IMG/VR virus record: IMGVR_UViG_3300034072_002238
Span: 1 to 60,534 of that record
DNA: 60,534 nt
Reading direction: 5' to 3' (one strand)
DNA from: a virus
Lineage: Duplodnaviria > Caudoviricetes
The notes under the pieces are model-generated. The model worked only from the letters and a program-made list of their open reading frames with translations, had not been told where the DNA came from and searched no databases. Shown here piece by piece: positions 46,119-55,474 of the stretch. The position numbers and the translations under genes were made by a program. How positions within the stretch are numbered: the first letter of the stretch is position 1; every line of letters starts with the position of its first letter.

Positions 46119-46291
46119 GCGCGCTGTTCAGCTTGATCCCCATCCGCCTGGTGCTGGCCGTCGTCGCTGTCACCCTCCTCGTGTTGCAGTTCCTGTTCGG
46201 TGTCGTCGTCGATTTCGTGCTCGGCGTCCTGTTCGTGCTGCTGGTCCTTGCAGCATTCGCTCTCGGCCGCAGCACCGCCCCCAGGTCCTGA
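46115..46291 (+). CDS. small two-TM membrane protein
   Basis: Highly hydrophobic 58 aa; ATGA-coupled to TAXI gene. Confidence 0.6.
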   Translation: MSALFSLIPIRLVLAVVAVTLLVLQFLFGVVVDFVLGVLFVLLVLAAFALGRSTAPRS

Positions 46292-46306
46292 CGATCCGCT
46301 CCGGTT

Positions 46307-46331
46307 ACCGCCCGTTCTCGACGGGCGGTTT
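46307..46331 (+). terminator. stem-loop after TAXI/TM pair
   Basis: ACCGCCCGT/ACGGGCGGT followed by TT. Confidence 0.4.
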
Positions 46332-46355
46332 CCCGAACAGATGAAAGGAATTCAG

Positions 46356-47087
46356 ATGCCTAAAATATCCCAGGACGTTCTACAGGTGCTCGACGCTGCT
46401 ACAATTGATGGCGCGCTCCTGACGCTCAATGGTAGCCTCGATCGCAAGCTGTATGTTGAAACCAACAAGGTTATTGAAGCGGCCGGGGGCAAATGGAACC
46501 GCTCCAAGCGGGCCCACGTCTTTGATGGCGACGCGATCGAGTTCATTGAACCCATCATTCTCACCGGTGAATATCGGCTAACAAAGCAGGATTTCGGCCA
46601 ATTTGATACGCCTGCCAATCTGGCGTGTGACGTCGTCTCTCTGGCCGGTATAGAGCCGGGAATGACGGTGCTTGAGCCGAGTGCGGGGATCGGCCGTTTA
46701 GCGTCGGCAGCAGAGCGAGTCGGCGGCAAGGTGACCTGCTACGAGGTGGATGCGAAGCGCGCTTCCGACCTTACTGATTTCGTTGTCCACGTCTGCGACT
46801 TCCTGTCCGTCGACCCGGAACAGAGTTTCGATCGCGTCGTGATGAACCCGCCATTTGCGCGACAAGATGACATTCGGCATGTCCGGCACGCTTTTAAATT
46901 TCTAAGGAGCGGCGGGCGTCTCGTCGCTATTATGTCTGCCGGCGTCATGTTCCGGGAGAACAAAGCCACGGCCGAGTTCCGCGAGTTTGTTCGCACGCAC
47001 CGTGGGAGCATCAAAGCGCTACCCGAGAATTCCTTCAAAGACAGCGGCACAGGCGTCAACACCTGCGTCGTGACTATGGAGGCGTGA
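46356..47087 (+). CDS. SAM-dependent N6-adenine-type methyltransferase
   Basis: QFDTP..LEPSAGIG..DFL..FDRVVMNPPF..F..SGT. Confidence 0.85.
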   Translation: MPKISQDVLQVLDAATIDGALLTLNGSLDRKLYVETNKVIEAAGGKWNRSKRAHVFDGDAIEFIEPIILTGEYRLTKQDFGQFDTPANLACDVVSLAGIEPGMTVLEPSAGIGRLASAAERVGGKVTCYEVDAKRASDLTDFVVHVCDFLSVDPEQSFDRVVMNPPFARQDDIRHVRHAFKFLRSGGRLVAIMSAGVMFRENKATAEFREFVRTHRGSIKALPENSFKDSGTGVNTCVVTMEA

Positions 47088-47593
47088 CTATGGATAATAG
47101 GATCCCCCCACGACCCACTGAAACCAGCCCGGAGTGCCGCGCGCTCGCGATAGAGCCGGTGCTCGGCGACGTGGTCGAGTGGTTGGCCGACGAAGGGGCC
47201 AGCATGGATCGGGTGCGCCAGGAGATCTTGGCTGCATTCGCCCCTGATGCTTACAGCCTTGCTCGCAACCTGGAGCGACGGGGCTGGGCGCCAGACGCTC
47301 GCCTCGTATCGATCCTTGACGACATCAGCACGTGGCACGTCCACAAGCAGCTCTCGAAGGACTGGGTCACGACCCACGGCATCACGGTTGTGTTCGGCAT
47401 CGGCGACAGAATCTGCACCAGCGGCATCAAGGCCGGGACTGTGGTCGCGATTTATCCCGACCACGCGCAAATCGTCGTGCAGCCCGACGACAGGCGGGCG
47501 GAGTTCGAAAGCCGGCCTCATAGCGGCACCGTGATCAACGTTGAAGACGCGGTGCGGATCGCGGGCACGATCGGCGCCGAGGTGCCGGCATGA
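47084..47593 (+). CDS. hypothetical protein
   Basis: Coupled; Y.LA..LE..GW.PD. Confidence 0.55.
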   Translation: MTMDNRIPPRPTETSPECRALAIEPVLGDVVEWLADEGASMDRVRQEILAAFAPDAYSLARNLERRGWAPDARLVSILDDISTWHVHKQLSKDWVTTHGITVVFGIGDRICTSGIKAGTVVAIYPDHAQIVVQPDDRRAEFESRPHSGTVINVEDAVRIAGTIGAEVPA

Positions 47594-47931
47594 CGAAGGG
47601 GAACGTTTTTTCCTTTCCCGGCAGCGGACAGGCGAGTGTTTCCTGCGCAATGCCGCCAGAGCTGACCGAAGTCGAGACTGACCGCCTTGTTGAGGCCGTC
47701 GAAGCGGCGGCGGCGGCCGTGCTGGATTGCGGCTCCGCGCTGCGATGGATCAGGGCCGGCGGCGTCCTCACCCCCGACAATCATGTTCTCAACGGCGAGG
47801 CCCTGCATTCGCTCCTTTCCGCGACGCTCGCGATCTCGTTGCTGATGGGAAGCCGGAACAGCGAGCGGCCCCTGCAGCGGGAAATCTATTCCTGGATCGA
47901 GAAGGAGACGACGCATGCCACCGAAACATGA
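47590..47931 (+). CDS. hypothetical protein
   Basis: ATGA coupling; GAGG SD. Confidence 0.5.
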   Translation: MTKGNVFSFPGSGQASVSCAMPPELTEVETDRLVEAVEAAAAAVLDCGSALRWIRAGGVLTPDNHVLNGEALHSLLSATLAISLLMGSRNSERPLQREIYSWIEKETTHATET

Positions 47932-48220
47932 ACGCGTGGAGAACGAACACGACGACGGCCGCTTCCTGACCTGCGAAAACTGCCTTCGCGGCATCATGCC
48001 GGGCGAGCGATACCATGGCGGCGGTGAAGTCGACATCTGCGCCGATTGTGCACCGGCGTATCAGGATATGATCGATGATCCGGGGCAGTTCTGGGACGAA
48101 AACGCCGAAGAACATATGACGGAGGAGGAGGCGCGCGAGATCTGCGACGCGCACTGCAATTCCGGCGGGCAGCTCTCCGACAAGATACTGACCAGTGAAG
48201 CGCCGGGGGGTGCCGAATGA
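47915..48220 (+). CDS. hypothetical Cys-containing protein
   Basis: CxxC pairs; GGAG SD. Confidence 0.55.
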   Translation: MPPKHERVENEHDDGRFLTCENCLRGIMPGERYHGGGEVDICADCAPAYQDMIDDPGQFWDENAEEHMTEEEAREICDAHCNSGGQLSDKILTSEAPGGAE

Positions 48221-48795
48221 CGACGGCTTATCCCCTTTCCTGGCCTGCGCACATGCCCCGCGCCACCAAGCGCGAAAAGGGCCAGTTTCGCACCAAGCTT
48301 TCGTCGGCCCTGGTCAACGTCCGAAACTCACTGCACCTGTTCGGGTGTGACAGCGGCGAGCCAATCGCCAATCTGGTGATTTCGTCAAATGTGACGCTGG
48401 GCGACACCTCTCCGGCTGATCCCGGCGTGGCGATCTGGTTTCAGTGGCAGGGCATGCAGGTCTGCATCCCGGTTGACCGCTATTCCTCGGTCGAGGGCAA
48501 TCTGCAGGCGATCCACCACATCATCGAGGCAAGACGTGTCGAGATCCGGCACGGGACGCTGGCCCTGGTGCGCGCCACCTTCTCCGGCTTCGTTGCTCTG
48601 CCGGCACCGGCCAAGCGCTCGTGCTGGGACGTGCTCGGGCTTACCGAGAATATGAAAACCTACGCGAAACAAGATGTGGAGGCGGCGTATCGCCGTCTGT
48701 CCAAGGCGCGTCACCCTGATGCGCCGGGCGGGTCACATGACGCGATGGCGGAACTGAACGCTGCCCGCGAGGAAGCTTTGGGGTTGCTGTTATGA
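48217..48795 (+). CDS. phage J-domain protein
   Basis: YPL.WP...DPGVA.WF; C-terminal W.VLGL..AYRRL..HPD..GGS..M.ELN.A. Confidence 0.85.
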   Translation: MTTAYPLSWPAHMPRATKREKGQFRTKLSSALVNVRNSLHLFGCDSGEPIANLVISSNVTLGDTSPADPGVAIWFQWQGMQVCIPVDRYSSVEGNLQAIHHIIEARRVEIRHGTLALVRATFSGFVALPAPAKRSCWDVLGLTENMKTYAKQDVEAAYRRLSKARHPDAPGGSHDAMAELNAAREEALGLLL

Positions 48796-49211
48796 CATCG
48801 GACACTCTCCCCAATCTCGCTCTGTCCGTCCGCCAGCCGTGGGCGCACTGCATCTTGCATCTGGGAAAGCCGATCGAGAACCGTTCCTGGTCGACAAAGA
48901 TCCGGGGAGAGGTTTGCATCCACGCCTCGCTCTTTAATCACATTGACGAGTGGATGAAGGCGCTTTCGACCTATCAGGCCACACGCCCCGGGTTCGATGC
49001 GTTGAAGGCCTTTCCGCCAAGCAACACCCTCCAGCGCGGCGGCATCATCGGAACGGTCGAGATCGTCGACGTCGTCACCCAATCCGACAGCCCGTGGTTT
49101 TTCGGGCCGGTAGGCATCGTTCTGGCGAACCCCAAACCCTGCGAATTCATCCCTGTACGCGGCCAGCTCGGCTTCTTCGACTGGCGCAAGAACCTCTTGG
49201 AGGCCGTATGA
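48792..49211 (+). CDS. ASCH-domain protein
   Basis: ALSVRQPWA..GKPIENRSW..IHA..GGIIG. Confidence 0.85.
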   Translation: MTSDTLPNLALSVRQPWAHCILHLGKPIENRSWSTKIRGEVCIHASLFNHIDEWMKALSTYQATRPGFDALKAFPPSNTLQRGGIIGTVEIVDVVTQSDSPWFFGPVGIVLANPKPCEFIPVRGQLGFFDWRKNLLEAV

Positions 49212-50227
49212 GAAACCCACTGTCGATCAATATTCACGATGCCTCGTTCGGTATCTGGCAGGACAACCCACACGATCCCACATTTCGAACCGAGATCTAC
49301 GCCGAGATGATCCGCCGTATGCGGTCTCAAGGATGGTCGGTCCGCGCCGATCGCGAGACGCGGAAGCGTTTTCCCACCTTGAGCCCTGACCAGCGCGAAG
49401 GTGCCAAAGGTACGCTTCGCTTTGCGCTAGAGATCACCGGGCGCGTGGTAAAAATCGAGTTTTGGTCCGAGACTGCGCCCCAGATCAACAGCTATGGCCG
49501 CTACTACGATTTTGACAAACTGCAGCGCATGTCGCCGCAGGACGCGCCTAGGGTGGAGTTGGAATTTCGCCGTCTCATCGCGTGGCTACAGGGTATCGCC
49601 CCGATCGATGTGAATCGGACGAAAGAGCGTCACCTGTCCGCGTTGGAGCGTATCGAAAAACGGTATGCGGAGAGCTCCCACAAGGACAAGCAATTTGGTC
49701 GCCCTGTCTGCAAGTACGACAGCAATCGGAAAACTGCTGACGGAGGGCTTCTGGAGCAGGGCCAGACGGTATGGTTCACTGATCACGGAGGCAGGGTCCT
49801 GCGTGGTTCCGCCTTCTACAACATCAACAATATGTGGTGGATCGTCTCGGGAGGGCTGCTGTTCAACAAGGGCTGTCGCGAGCTCTTTGTTTCGTTGCCG
49901 ACCGACATCCGGACGAAGAGGAACGAACGCGCACGACGCAATCGCCTTGAGAAGGAGTTGCAGGTCGCGGTCCAGCGGATGGATTTCCAGCGCGCTCACG
50001 TCTTAAAGACGATTATCTTCGGGACCGAGCAGACATACATGATTTGGGCGCGCGAGAACGCTGCCTACTATCGCTCTCAATACGCCGGCTACACCACCGA
50101 CACCGCATCCGCAGGACGCTACACCAGGGCCGAGGCCGAGGCTGAATGCAGACGTGCCCCCCATGAGCTTGAGATGGTGTGCCCCGACGGCACCCGCGTC
50201 CGTTTCGACAGAAAGGATGCGGCGTGA
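49208..50227 (+). CDS. conserved hypothetical phage protein
   Basis: GRYYDFDK..M; G.A.YNINNMWW; GYT.D..AG.Y. Confidence 0.65.
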   Translation: MRNPLSINIHDASFGIWQDNPHDPTFRTEIYAEMIRRMRSQGWSVRADRETRKRFPTLSPDQREGAKGTLRFALEITGRVVKIEFWSETAPQINSYGRYYDFDKLQRMSPQDAPRVELEFRRLIAWLQGIAPIDVNRTKERHLSALERIEKRYAESSHKDKQFGRPVCKYDSNRKTADGGLLEQGQTVWFTDHGGRVLRGSAFYNINNMWWIVSGGLLFNKGCRELFVSLPTDIRTKRNERARRNRLEKELQVAVQRMDFQRAHVLKTIIFGTEQTYMIWARENAAYYRSQYAGYTTDTASAGRYTRAEAEAECRRAPHELEMVCPDGTRVRFDRKDAA

Positions 50228-50406
50228 CCCACGGTCCCAACAAGATCCACGGCAAGTGCCCAAGCTGCAGTCACGTCTTTCTCGTGGCGCAGCTGCCCAT
50301 GCCGATCTCTGTAGCCGCAGAGGCCATGCGAGCCGCATGCTGCCCAACATGCGGCACCAAGAAAGGTATCACGATCGCCCGTGCCGAGGAGGTGCCTCAT
50401 GGCTGA
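50224..50406 (+). CDS. small Zn-finger protein
   Basis: CPSC..CPTC. Confidence 0.5.
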   Translation: MTHGPNKIHGKCPSCSHVFLVAQLPMPISVAAEAMRAACCPTCGTKKGITIARAEEVPHG

Positions 50407-51307
50407 AACCTCATCGATCGAGTGGACCGATGCCACCATCAATTTCTGGTGGGGCTGTACCAAGGTCTCTCCCGGCTGCGACAATTGCTACGCCGAGCAG
50501 TGGAACGCGTTTCGCGGCAGCGGACAATGGGGACCAGGTGCGCCGCGGCGGATGATCAAGGGCGCGGCCGCTCTTCTGCGCCGCATCAACCGCAACGCCG
50601 GCAAGTTCGTCCAAGTCCATGGGCGTCGGCCCCGCATCTTCATGCACTCCATGTCCGACGTCTTCGACAACGAAGTGCCGAACGAAATCCGGCACAATGC
50701 GCTGCGCCAGGCCGCTGCAGCATCTGCGGTCCATATCCAGATAGTGACGAAGCGGATCGGCAACGTTCGCGACATGGTGCCGCCGGAATGGCTCAATTCG
50801 TGGCCGGCCCATGTCGGCCTGATCATCTCGATATGCACCAAGCGTGAAGCAACCCGAGACATCCCGAAGCTTCGGGACCTGAAAAAGCAGCTCGGCATCC
50901 CGTGGGTCGGGATTTCCATGGAGCCCATGCTGGAGCCGATCACCAAACTCGACCTTCAAGACATCGACTGGGTCATTGTCGGCGGGGAGAGCGGCAAGCG
51001 TGGCCAGGTGACGCGGCCCCTTCATCCGGCATGGGTCATGTCCGTTCAATCGGCCTGCGCCAGGTCCGGTACCGCGTTTTTCTTCAAGCAGTGGGGCGAC
51101 TGGCTACCGGATGGAGAGGCGCCGCGCTCCGTCATTGATGATCTCATCCTGTCGCGTGTTGCGCAGATCGAGCTACACGCCGATCCGAGCCCTTTCGCTA
51201 CCGTTCGTTTCGACACTCGCACGATGTACCGCGCCGGCAAGAAGAGAAGCGGTGCGCTGCTGTATGGCCATCGGTTTCAGGCGTTCCCGAAGGAGCTCCT
51301 GCGATGA
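50399..51307 (+). CDS. DUF5131 (Gp37/Gp68) radical-SAM-like protein
   Basis: SIEWTD.T.N..GCTKVSPGCDNCYA..SMSD.F..TKR..EP.L..WVIVGGESG..FFFKQWG. Confidence 0.9.
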   Translation: MAETSSIEWTDATINFWWGCTKVSPGCDNCYAEQWNAFRGSGQWGPGAPRRMIKGAAALLRRINRNAGKFVQVHGRRPRIFMHSMSDVFDNEVPNEIRHNALRQAAAASAVHIQIVTKRIGNVRDMVPPEWLNSWPAHVGLIISICTKREATRDIPKLRDLKKQLGIPWVGISMEPMLEPITKLDLQDIDWVIVGGESGKRGQVTRPLHPAWVMSVQSACARSGTAFFFKQWGDWLPDGEAPRSVIDDLILSRVAQIELHADPSPFATVRFDTRTMYRAGKKRSGALLYGHRFQAFPKELLR

Positions 51308-51525
51308 TCCGCATCATCTTGGAAAGCCCTTGGACGCGGCATCGGTGCCTCACGATCCTGATCGGCAGGCGGAAGAACGCAGATTACTTCGAGCGTCAAT
51401 ATCGCTTCGCCTTCATCTGGGGCTGGTCATTCTACGAGCGTCGCTACGTCTGCAAAATCGAGACGGTACCGGCCTGGTCTGAGGTGCCTTCCGTCGTCGC
51501 AGAATACAGGAGGACGATGCGATGA
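51304..51525 (+). CDS. hypothetical protein
   Basis: Coupled. Confidence 0.45.
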   Translation: MIRIILESPWTRHRCLTILIGRRKNADYFERQYRFAFIWGWSFYERRYVCKIETVPAWSEVPSVVAEYRRTMR

Positions 51526-52220
51526 CAAAGACCGCAACCAAGCCCCTTAAGGCCTATGCCGTCCTTGAAACCTGCGAAGACACGGGCGGCATCATCTTTG
51601 CCCGGCGCGACATCGAGGCCAGAAAGCGCGGTTCCTGCGAATATTCCGATGGCGACATCACGGGTGTCAGCTGCCGGCGCGCGCCCTGGGCGGATCAATA
51701 TGTCGAGACGCAGAGCGTGCCTGTCGCGGCCGCGATTGAGCACGGCTGGCGGTTCGAATGCCACGGCTGCGCCGAAACGCTGACCTACGATTGGTTCGAC
51801 GACAATGCGTTGCCGTTGTCCGGTGCCATCGGAACCATGGACAGCCTCGTTTTCTGCTGTTCCGAGTGCAAGGGCCGCTTCGATGAGGTGGAGCGTCGGA
51901 AGAAGGCCTTCGGCGAGGAGTTCCTGGACGTCCTGCGGTTGGTCGTGACTGAGCGGTTCGGGGCCGTCGAGTTCTGCAGCTATGGCTTCCGGCCTCATGT
52001 CTACGTCATCGAACAGTCTGGCGCTCTCGGCATCGGACAGGCCGCAATCAGCTTCCAGTTTCCCGGCCAGATCATTGCGCCAGCAACTCTCAAGTTCGAG
52101 TGGCCCTACAGCTTCTCCCGAGACGGGCACGGGCCGGTGAACCCCTACTACACCTGCACCAATGGTGACCGCGAGGCCTTCGAAGCCTTTGCCGTCGCAA
52201 CCAAGAGGAATGCCGAATGA
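51522..52220 (+). CDS. hypothetical phage protein
   Basis: LKAY.V..CRRAPWAD.Y..GW.FEC..C. Confidence 0.6.
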   Translation: MTKTATKPLKAYAVLETCEDTGGIIFARRDIEARKRGSCEYSDGDITGVSCRRAPWADQYVETQSVPVAAAIEHGWRFECHGCAETLTYDWFDDNALPLSGAIGTMDSLVFCCSECKGRFDEVERRKKAFGEEFLDVLRLVVTERFGAVEFCSYGFRPHVYVIEQSGALGIGQAAISFQFPGQIIAPATLKFEWPYSFSRDGHGPVNPYYTCTNGDREAFEAFAVATKRNAE

Positions 52221-53155
52221 TCGACCTCTACAAACCCGACATCTGCATCTATCACGGCGACTGCCTCGACGGTTTCGGCGCGGCCTGGGCCGCGCACCTG
52301 AAATGGCCTGACTGCGACTTTCGGCCTGGCTGGTATGACAAGCCCCTGCCGATCGACGGTATCGACGGCAAGAATGTCCTCTTCGTCGACTTTTCAGCGC
52401 CGGAACTGCAGTTGCTGGAAATCGGTCACCGGGCAGCGTCCGTCGTGGTGCTCGATCACCACAAGACCTCCGAGGCCGAACTCGCACGCTTTGCGCAGAA
52501 CAAGCACGACATTGAAAACTGCGCCGTTCACCTCGCCGAACGAAAGGCGGCGGGGCTGGTGCCGATCGTCGCCTACTTCGACATGGACCGTTCTGGTTGC
52601 TCCATGACTTGGGATCTGGTGTGCGAAGGCGGAGAGTACCATCTGCCAGAGCTGCTGATGTATATCGGCGACCGCGACCTCTGGAAATTTCATTTCCGCG
52701 ACACGACCCGCGCTGTGTGTGCCGCCGTGCAAAGCTATCCGATGGATTTTGCAGTGTGGGACGAGTGGCGCAATTGGCGAGTGGGCGGGCACCACCTGGT
52801 GGCGCAGGGCGAGGCTATCCTGCGCGCCAACCGCATGACGGTCGAAAAGCTGCTCAAGGAGGTGCGGTTTCAGACCGTCGGCGGGCACCCTATCCCTGTC
52901 CCCACGGTCAACGCGCCATATCAGTTTTCGAGCGACGCGGCGCACACCCTCCTGGAGCGGTTCCCTGAGGCTCCCTTTGCCGCGACGTTCTTCATTCGCG
53001 CCGACGGACGCATGCAGTGGTCCCTTCGATCCGAAGCGAAGCGGGAGGATGTGTCGACGATCGCCAAGGCCAATGGCGGCGGCGGACACCGCAACGCGGC
53101 AGGCTTCACGCAGCAGACCATGATCATGGGCTGGGATCTTGGGAGAGAGGTATGA
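52217..53155 (+). CDS. DHH/DHHA1 phosphoesterase
   Basis: YH.DC.DG; VDFS; LDHHKT; DRDLW; SLRS..GGGGH.NAAGF. Confidence 0.9.
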   Translation: MIDLYKPDICIYHGDCLDGFGAAWAAHLKWPDCDFRPGWYDKPLPIDGIDGKNVLFVDFSAPELQLLEIGHRAASVVVLDHHKTSEAELARFAQNKHDIENCAVHLAERKAAGLVPIVAYFDMDRSGCSMTWDLVCEGGEYHLPELLMYIGDRDLWKFHFRDTTRAVCAAVQSYPMDFAVWDEWRNWRVGGHHLVAQGEAILRANRMTVEKLLKEVRFQTVGGHPIPVPTVNAPYQFSSDAAHTLLERFPEAPFAATFFIRADGRMQWSLRSEAKREDVSTIAKANGGGGHRNAAGFTQQTMIMGWDLGREV

Positions 53156-53493
53156 AAGCTGCCGTTTGGAGCAGGATGCTCAGCCGTATGTTCTCCTCTC
53201 TCAAGCTTCGATGGGCCGAGATCTGCGCCGAGTTCTCGGAGCCAGAAGACTTCGGCGCCCCGTTCGAGATGGCGGCATGCTGCAATTCCTCGCGTCACCT
53301 GAAGGCGCTTCTACGTGAGGCCTGTGATCTGTTGTCGGAAGAGCGCGACGAGATTTTCACGTCGCATCAGATCGGCGGCAAGCTCGTCGTGACCGACGTG
53401 TTCTCTGCCAATGCTGCCGAGCGCATCCAGCAGATCGACGACCTCATCAAAGCGGCAGCGGTCGCGATCAACGCACCGGAGGACGCTGTATGA
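53152..53493 (+). CDS. hypothetical protein
   Basis: MKAAVW start coupled to DHH stop. Confidence 0.45.
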   Translation: MKAAVWSRMLSRMFSSLKLRWAEICAEFSEPEDFGAPFEMAACCNSSRHLKALLREACDLLSEERDEIFTSHQIGGKLVVTDVFSANAAERIQQIDDLIKAAAVAINAPEDAV

Positions 53494-53945
53494 GACGTAC
53501 CCGCCATCAACGCAAACCCCTGATCAAGATGAAGAACGGACGGCACCGGGTCGCGGCGCAGCGTGAGGTCGATTTGCAGCGCGCCTTGACCTCATCCGAG
53601 GCTCGAACCCTTTACCTGCAACGCCTTCTCTCCGGCGTCTCCCAGCGTCTCGACGCCGTTCTGAAAGAAGGGGCCAGCGGCGCACTCCCGCCGGAGATCC
53701 GGCAGCGCGCCGTAGACGATATTTGCAATCAGCTGACGCAGAACTTCGGCGAGGAGATAGGGCGTGCGTTCTGCAAGGCGGCGGAGCGTCCATACGACCG
53801 CGGCTTCGTGCTCGACGCGCTTGTGAGGCGCCGTCAGAACCGGATTTCTGATTTCAACCTGGAGCGTTACACGGAGAAATCCATCATCCTGCGCGGCTAT
53901 CTGCCGTCCTTTGAGTGGAATTTCGAATGCGAGGTTCCGAGGTGA
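53490..53945 (+). CDS. hypothetical protein
   Basis: GGAGG SD; coupled. Confidence 0.5.
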   Translation: MRRTRHQRKPLIKMKNGRHRVAAQREVDLQRALTSSEARTLYLQRLLSGVSQRLDAVLKEGASGALPPEIRQRAVDDICNQLTQNFGEEIGRAFCKAAERPYDRGFVLDALVRRRQNRISDFNLERYTEKSIILRGYLPSFEWNFECEVPR

Positions 53946-54325
53946 CGACTTCCCCTCTCTACCACGGCGGTTACGGCGGCCTATCCGTCGGGCAGCTCGT
54001 CTTGCCCCCGAACAAGACCGGGGCTCCAAGCACCGCCAGCTTTGGCGCGGCAGCGGTCTGCGACAGAAATGCGGTCTACGTCACGTCGAACTTTGAAGCC
54101 GCCATGATGTTTGCCTGCGCGCATCCTTCGGGTCGGGGCAAGGTCTATGAGGTCGAGCCGATCGGTGACCTGGTCGATGACATCGACGCGGTCGGGCGGG
54201 ACTATGCATTCGCTTGCCCATCGGCCCGGGTGACGCGAGTTTTCAAGATCAAAGGCAAGATCATCCGGAACTTCCAGCGAGCCATGCTAACGGAGCAGAG
54301 GGAAGGACGGCAGCCGCATGTCTGA
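53942..54325 (+). CDS. Arr-like ADP-ribosyltransferase
   Basis: LYHGG..L.VG..LPP..VYVT..A..A..G.VYEVEP.G.L.DD.D. Confidence 0.7.
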   Translation: MTTSPLYHGGYGGLSVGQLVLPPNKTGAPSTASFGAAAVCDRNAVYVTSNFEAAMMFACAHPSGRGKVYEVEPIGDLVDDIDAVGRDYAFACPSARVTRVFKIKGKIIRNFQRAMLTEQREGRQPHV

Positions 54326-54620
54326 ACGGATCTCGTGTTGCGTCCCCTATTGCCGCCGCACCCATCACAACCGGGAACGCTTCTCGGGGTGGATCTGCGC
54401 CAAGCATTGGGCGCTCGTGTCGAGATCGACGAAGACAGCGCTGCGGGTCAACAAACGGCGCATCCGCACAGTTCTTCGGCAGCGGCCGGAATACGCGGAG
54501 TATTGGAAGATGCCGCCCGGATCTCCTCGCCGGCTCCGTGCCGTGGCTATGTGGGCCCGCCACGATCAGATATGGCAGACCTGTAAGGCCGAGGCTGTCG
54601 AACGGGCGGCGGGGATTTGA
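54318..54620 (+). CDS. hypothetical Zn-binding protein
   Basis: C.VP.C.R..IC.KHW. Confidence 0.55.
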   Translation: MSERISCCVPYCRRTHHNRERFSGWICAKHWALVSRSTKTALRVNKRRIRTVLRQRPEYAEYWKMPPGSPRRLRAVAMWARHDQIWQTCKAEAVERAAGI

Positions 54621-54847
54621 TGCGTACCGCCCCACCGCATCCATGCCTGTGCTGTTCCCTGCCAGACTGCGACGAAAAATCCAAAGCTTGTGGGCTACGG
54701 CGGGCGTTGAACCGCTACTATTATTTCAGGCGCCGAAACCTGCCCGTCCCTGACAATGTCAGAGCGCTGTACTCGCTGGCCTGGCGGGAGCTTTATGGCC
54801 AACGAGGGGCAAGCCCGCGGACCCCTCATGACATTCTTCGCCCTTGA
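54617..54847 (+). CDS. hypothetical protein
   Basis: HPC..C.LPDCDE..C.L. Confidence 0.5.
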   Translation: MMRTAPPHPCLCCSLPDCDEKSKACGLRRALNRYYYFRRRNLPVPDNVRALYSLAWRELYGQRGASPRTPHDILRP

Positions 54848-54880
54848 CTTTGGTTCCGTTTAACGGAACCATGCTGGAAC
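54844..54880 (+). promoter_or_regulatory. Internal early promoter with perfect operator and LexA box
   Basis: TTGACT-TT-GGTTCCGTTTAACGGAACC-AT; GAAC-N7-GAAC at 54866-54880. Confidence 0.75.
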
Positions 54881-54932
54881 AGATCCGGACGCGAAAGGAC
54901 TTGAGCGTGAACGCGGACACCATGCCAGCACC

Positions 54933-55145
54933 ATGCGAAAGGACTTGATCGTGAACATCGATCCGAATCCTTCGCGGCTCCCCTACATCTTCCGCTGGGA
55001 TCGCCAGGGGCGGAAGGGCCAGCCCTGTGAGGTGGTCATCCGCGGGCCGGTAATGAACTCGTGCCTGGTTCGGTTTGCCGATGGCTACTCGATGGTCACG
55101 AGCCGAAATGCCCTGAAGAAGAACAAGGGGGCGGCATCGCAATGA
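54933..55145 (+). CDS. hypothetical protein
   Basis: RKGQ.C.V..RG..NSCLV.F.DG..VTSRNA. Confidence 0.65.
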   Translation: MRKDLIVNIDPNPSRLPYIFRWDRQGRKGQPCEVVIRGPVMNSCLVRFADGYSMVTSRNALKKNKGAASQ

Positions 55146-55354
55146 GCATCAAGCACACGATTGGTGGTCTGTCCCTTTTCACAGATGATCGGTTCGGCGC
55201 GACGTTTCGGGTCTGCAACAGCGCGCGTGGCGACTTCAATACGGTTCTGTTTGACAGGGACGAACTGACCCGCCTCCGGTTCCTTATCGATTGCATGCTC
55301 GCCGACACGCCGCAGCCGGACGTTTCCAATGTCCAAACATCACACACGGCGTAA
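55142..55354 (+). CDS. hypothetical protein
   Basis: ATGA coupling. Confidence 0.45.
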   Translation: MSIKHTIGGLSLFTDDRFGATFRVCNSARGDFNTVLFDRDELTRLRFLIDCMLADTPQPDVSNVQTSHTA

Positions 55355-55474
55355 GCGCCGGCAGCAGAAGCAGGCGGTGCGCCACGGGCCGTCCGCCAAA
55401 CCCACACATAAATCCCGCTCCGGACGCACGGGCAGCGGCCATTCACGAAAACTACGATCCATGAGGATTTCGAA

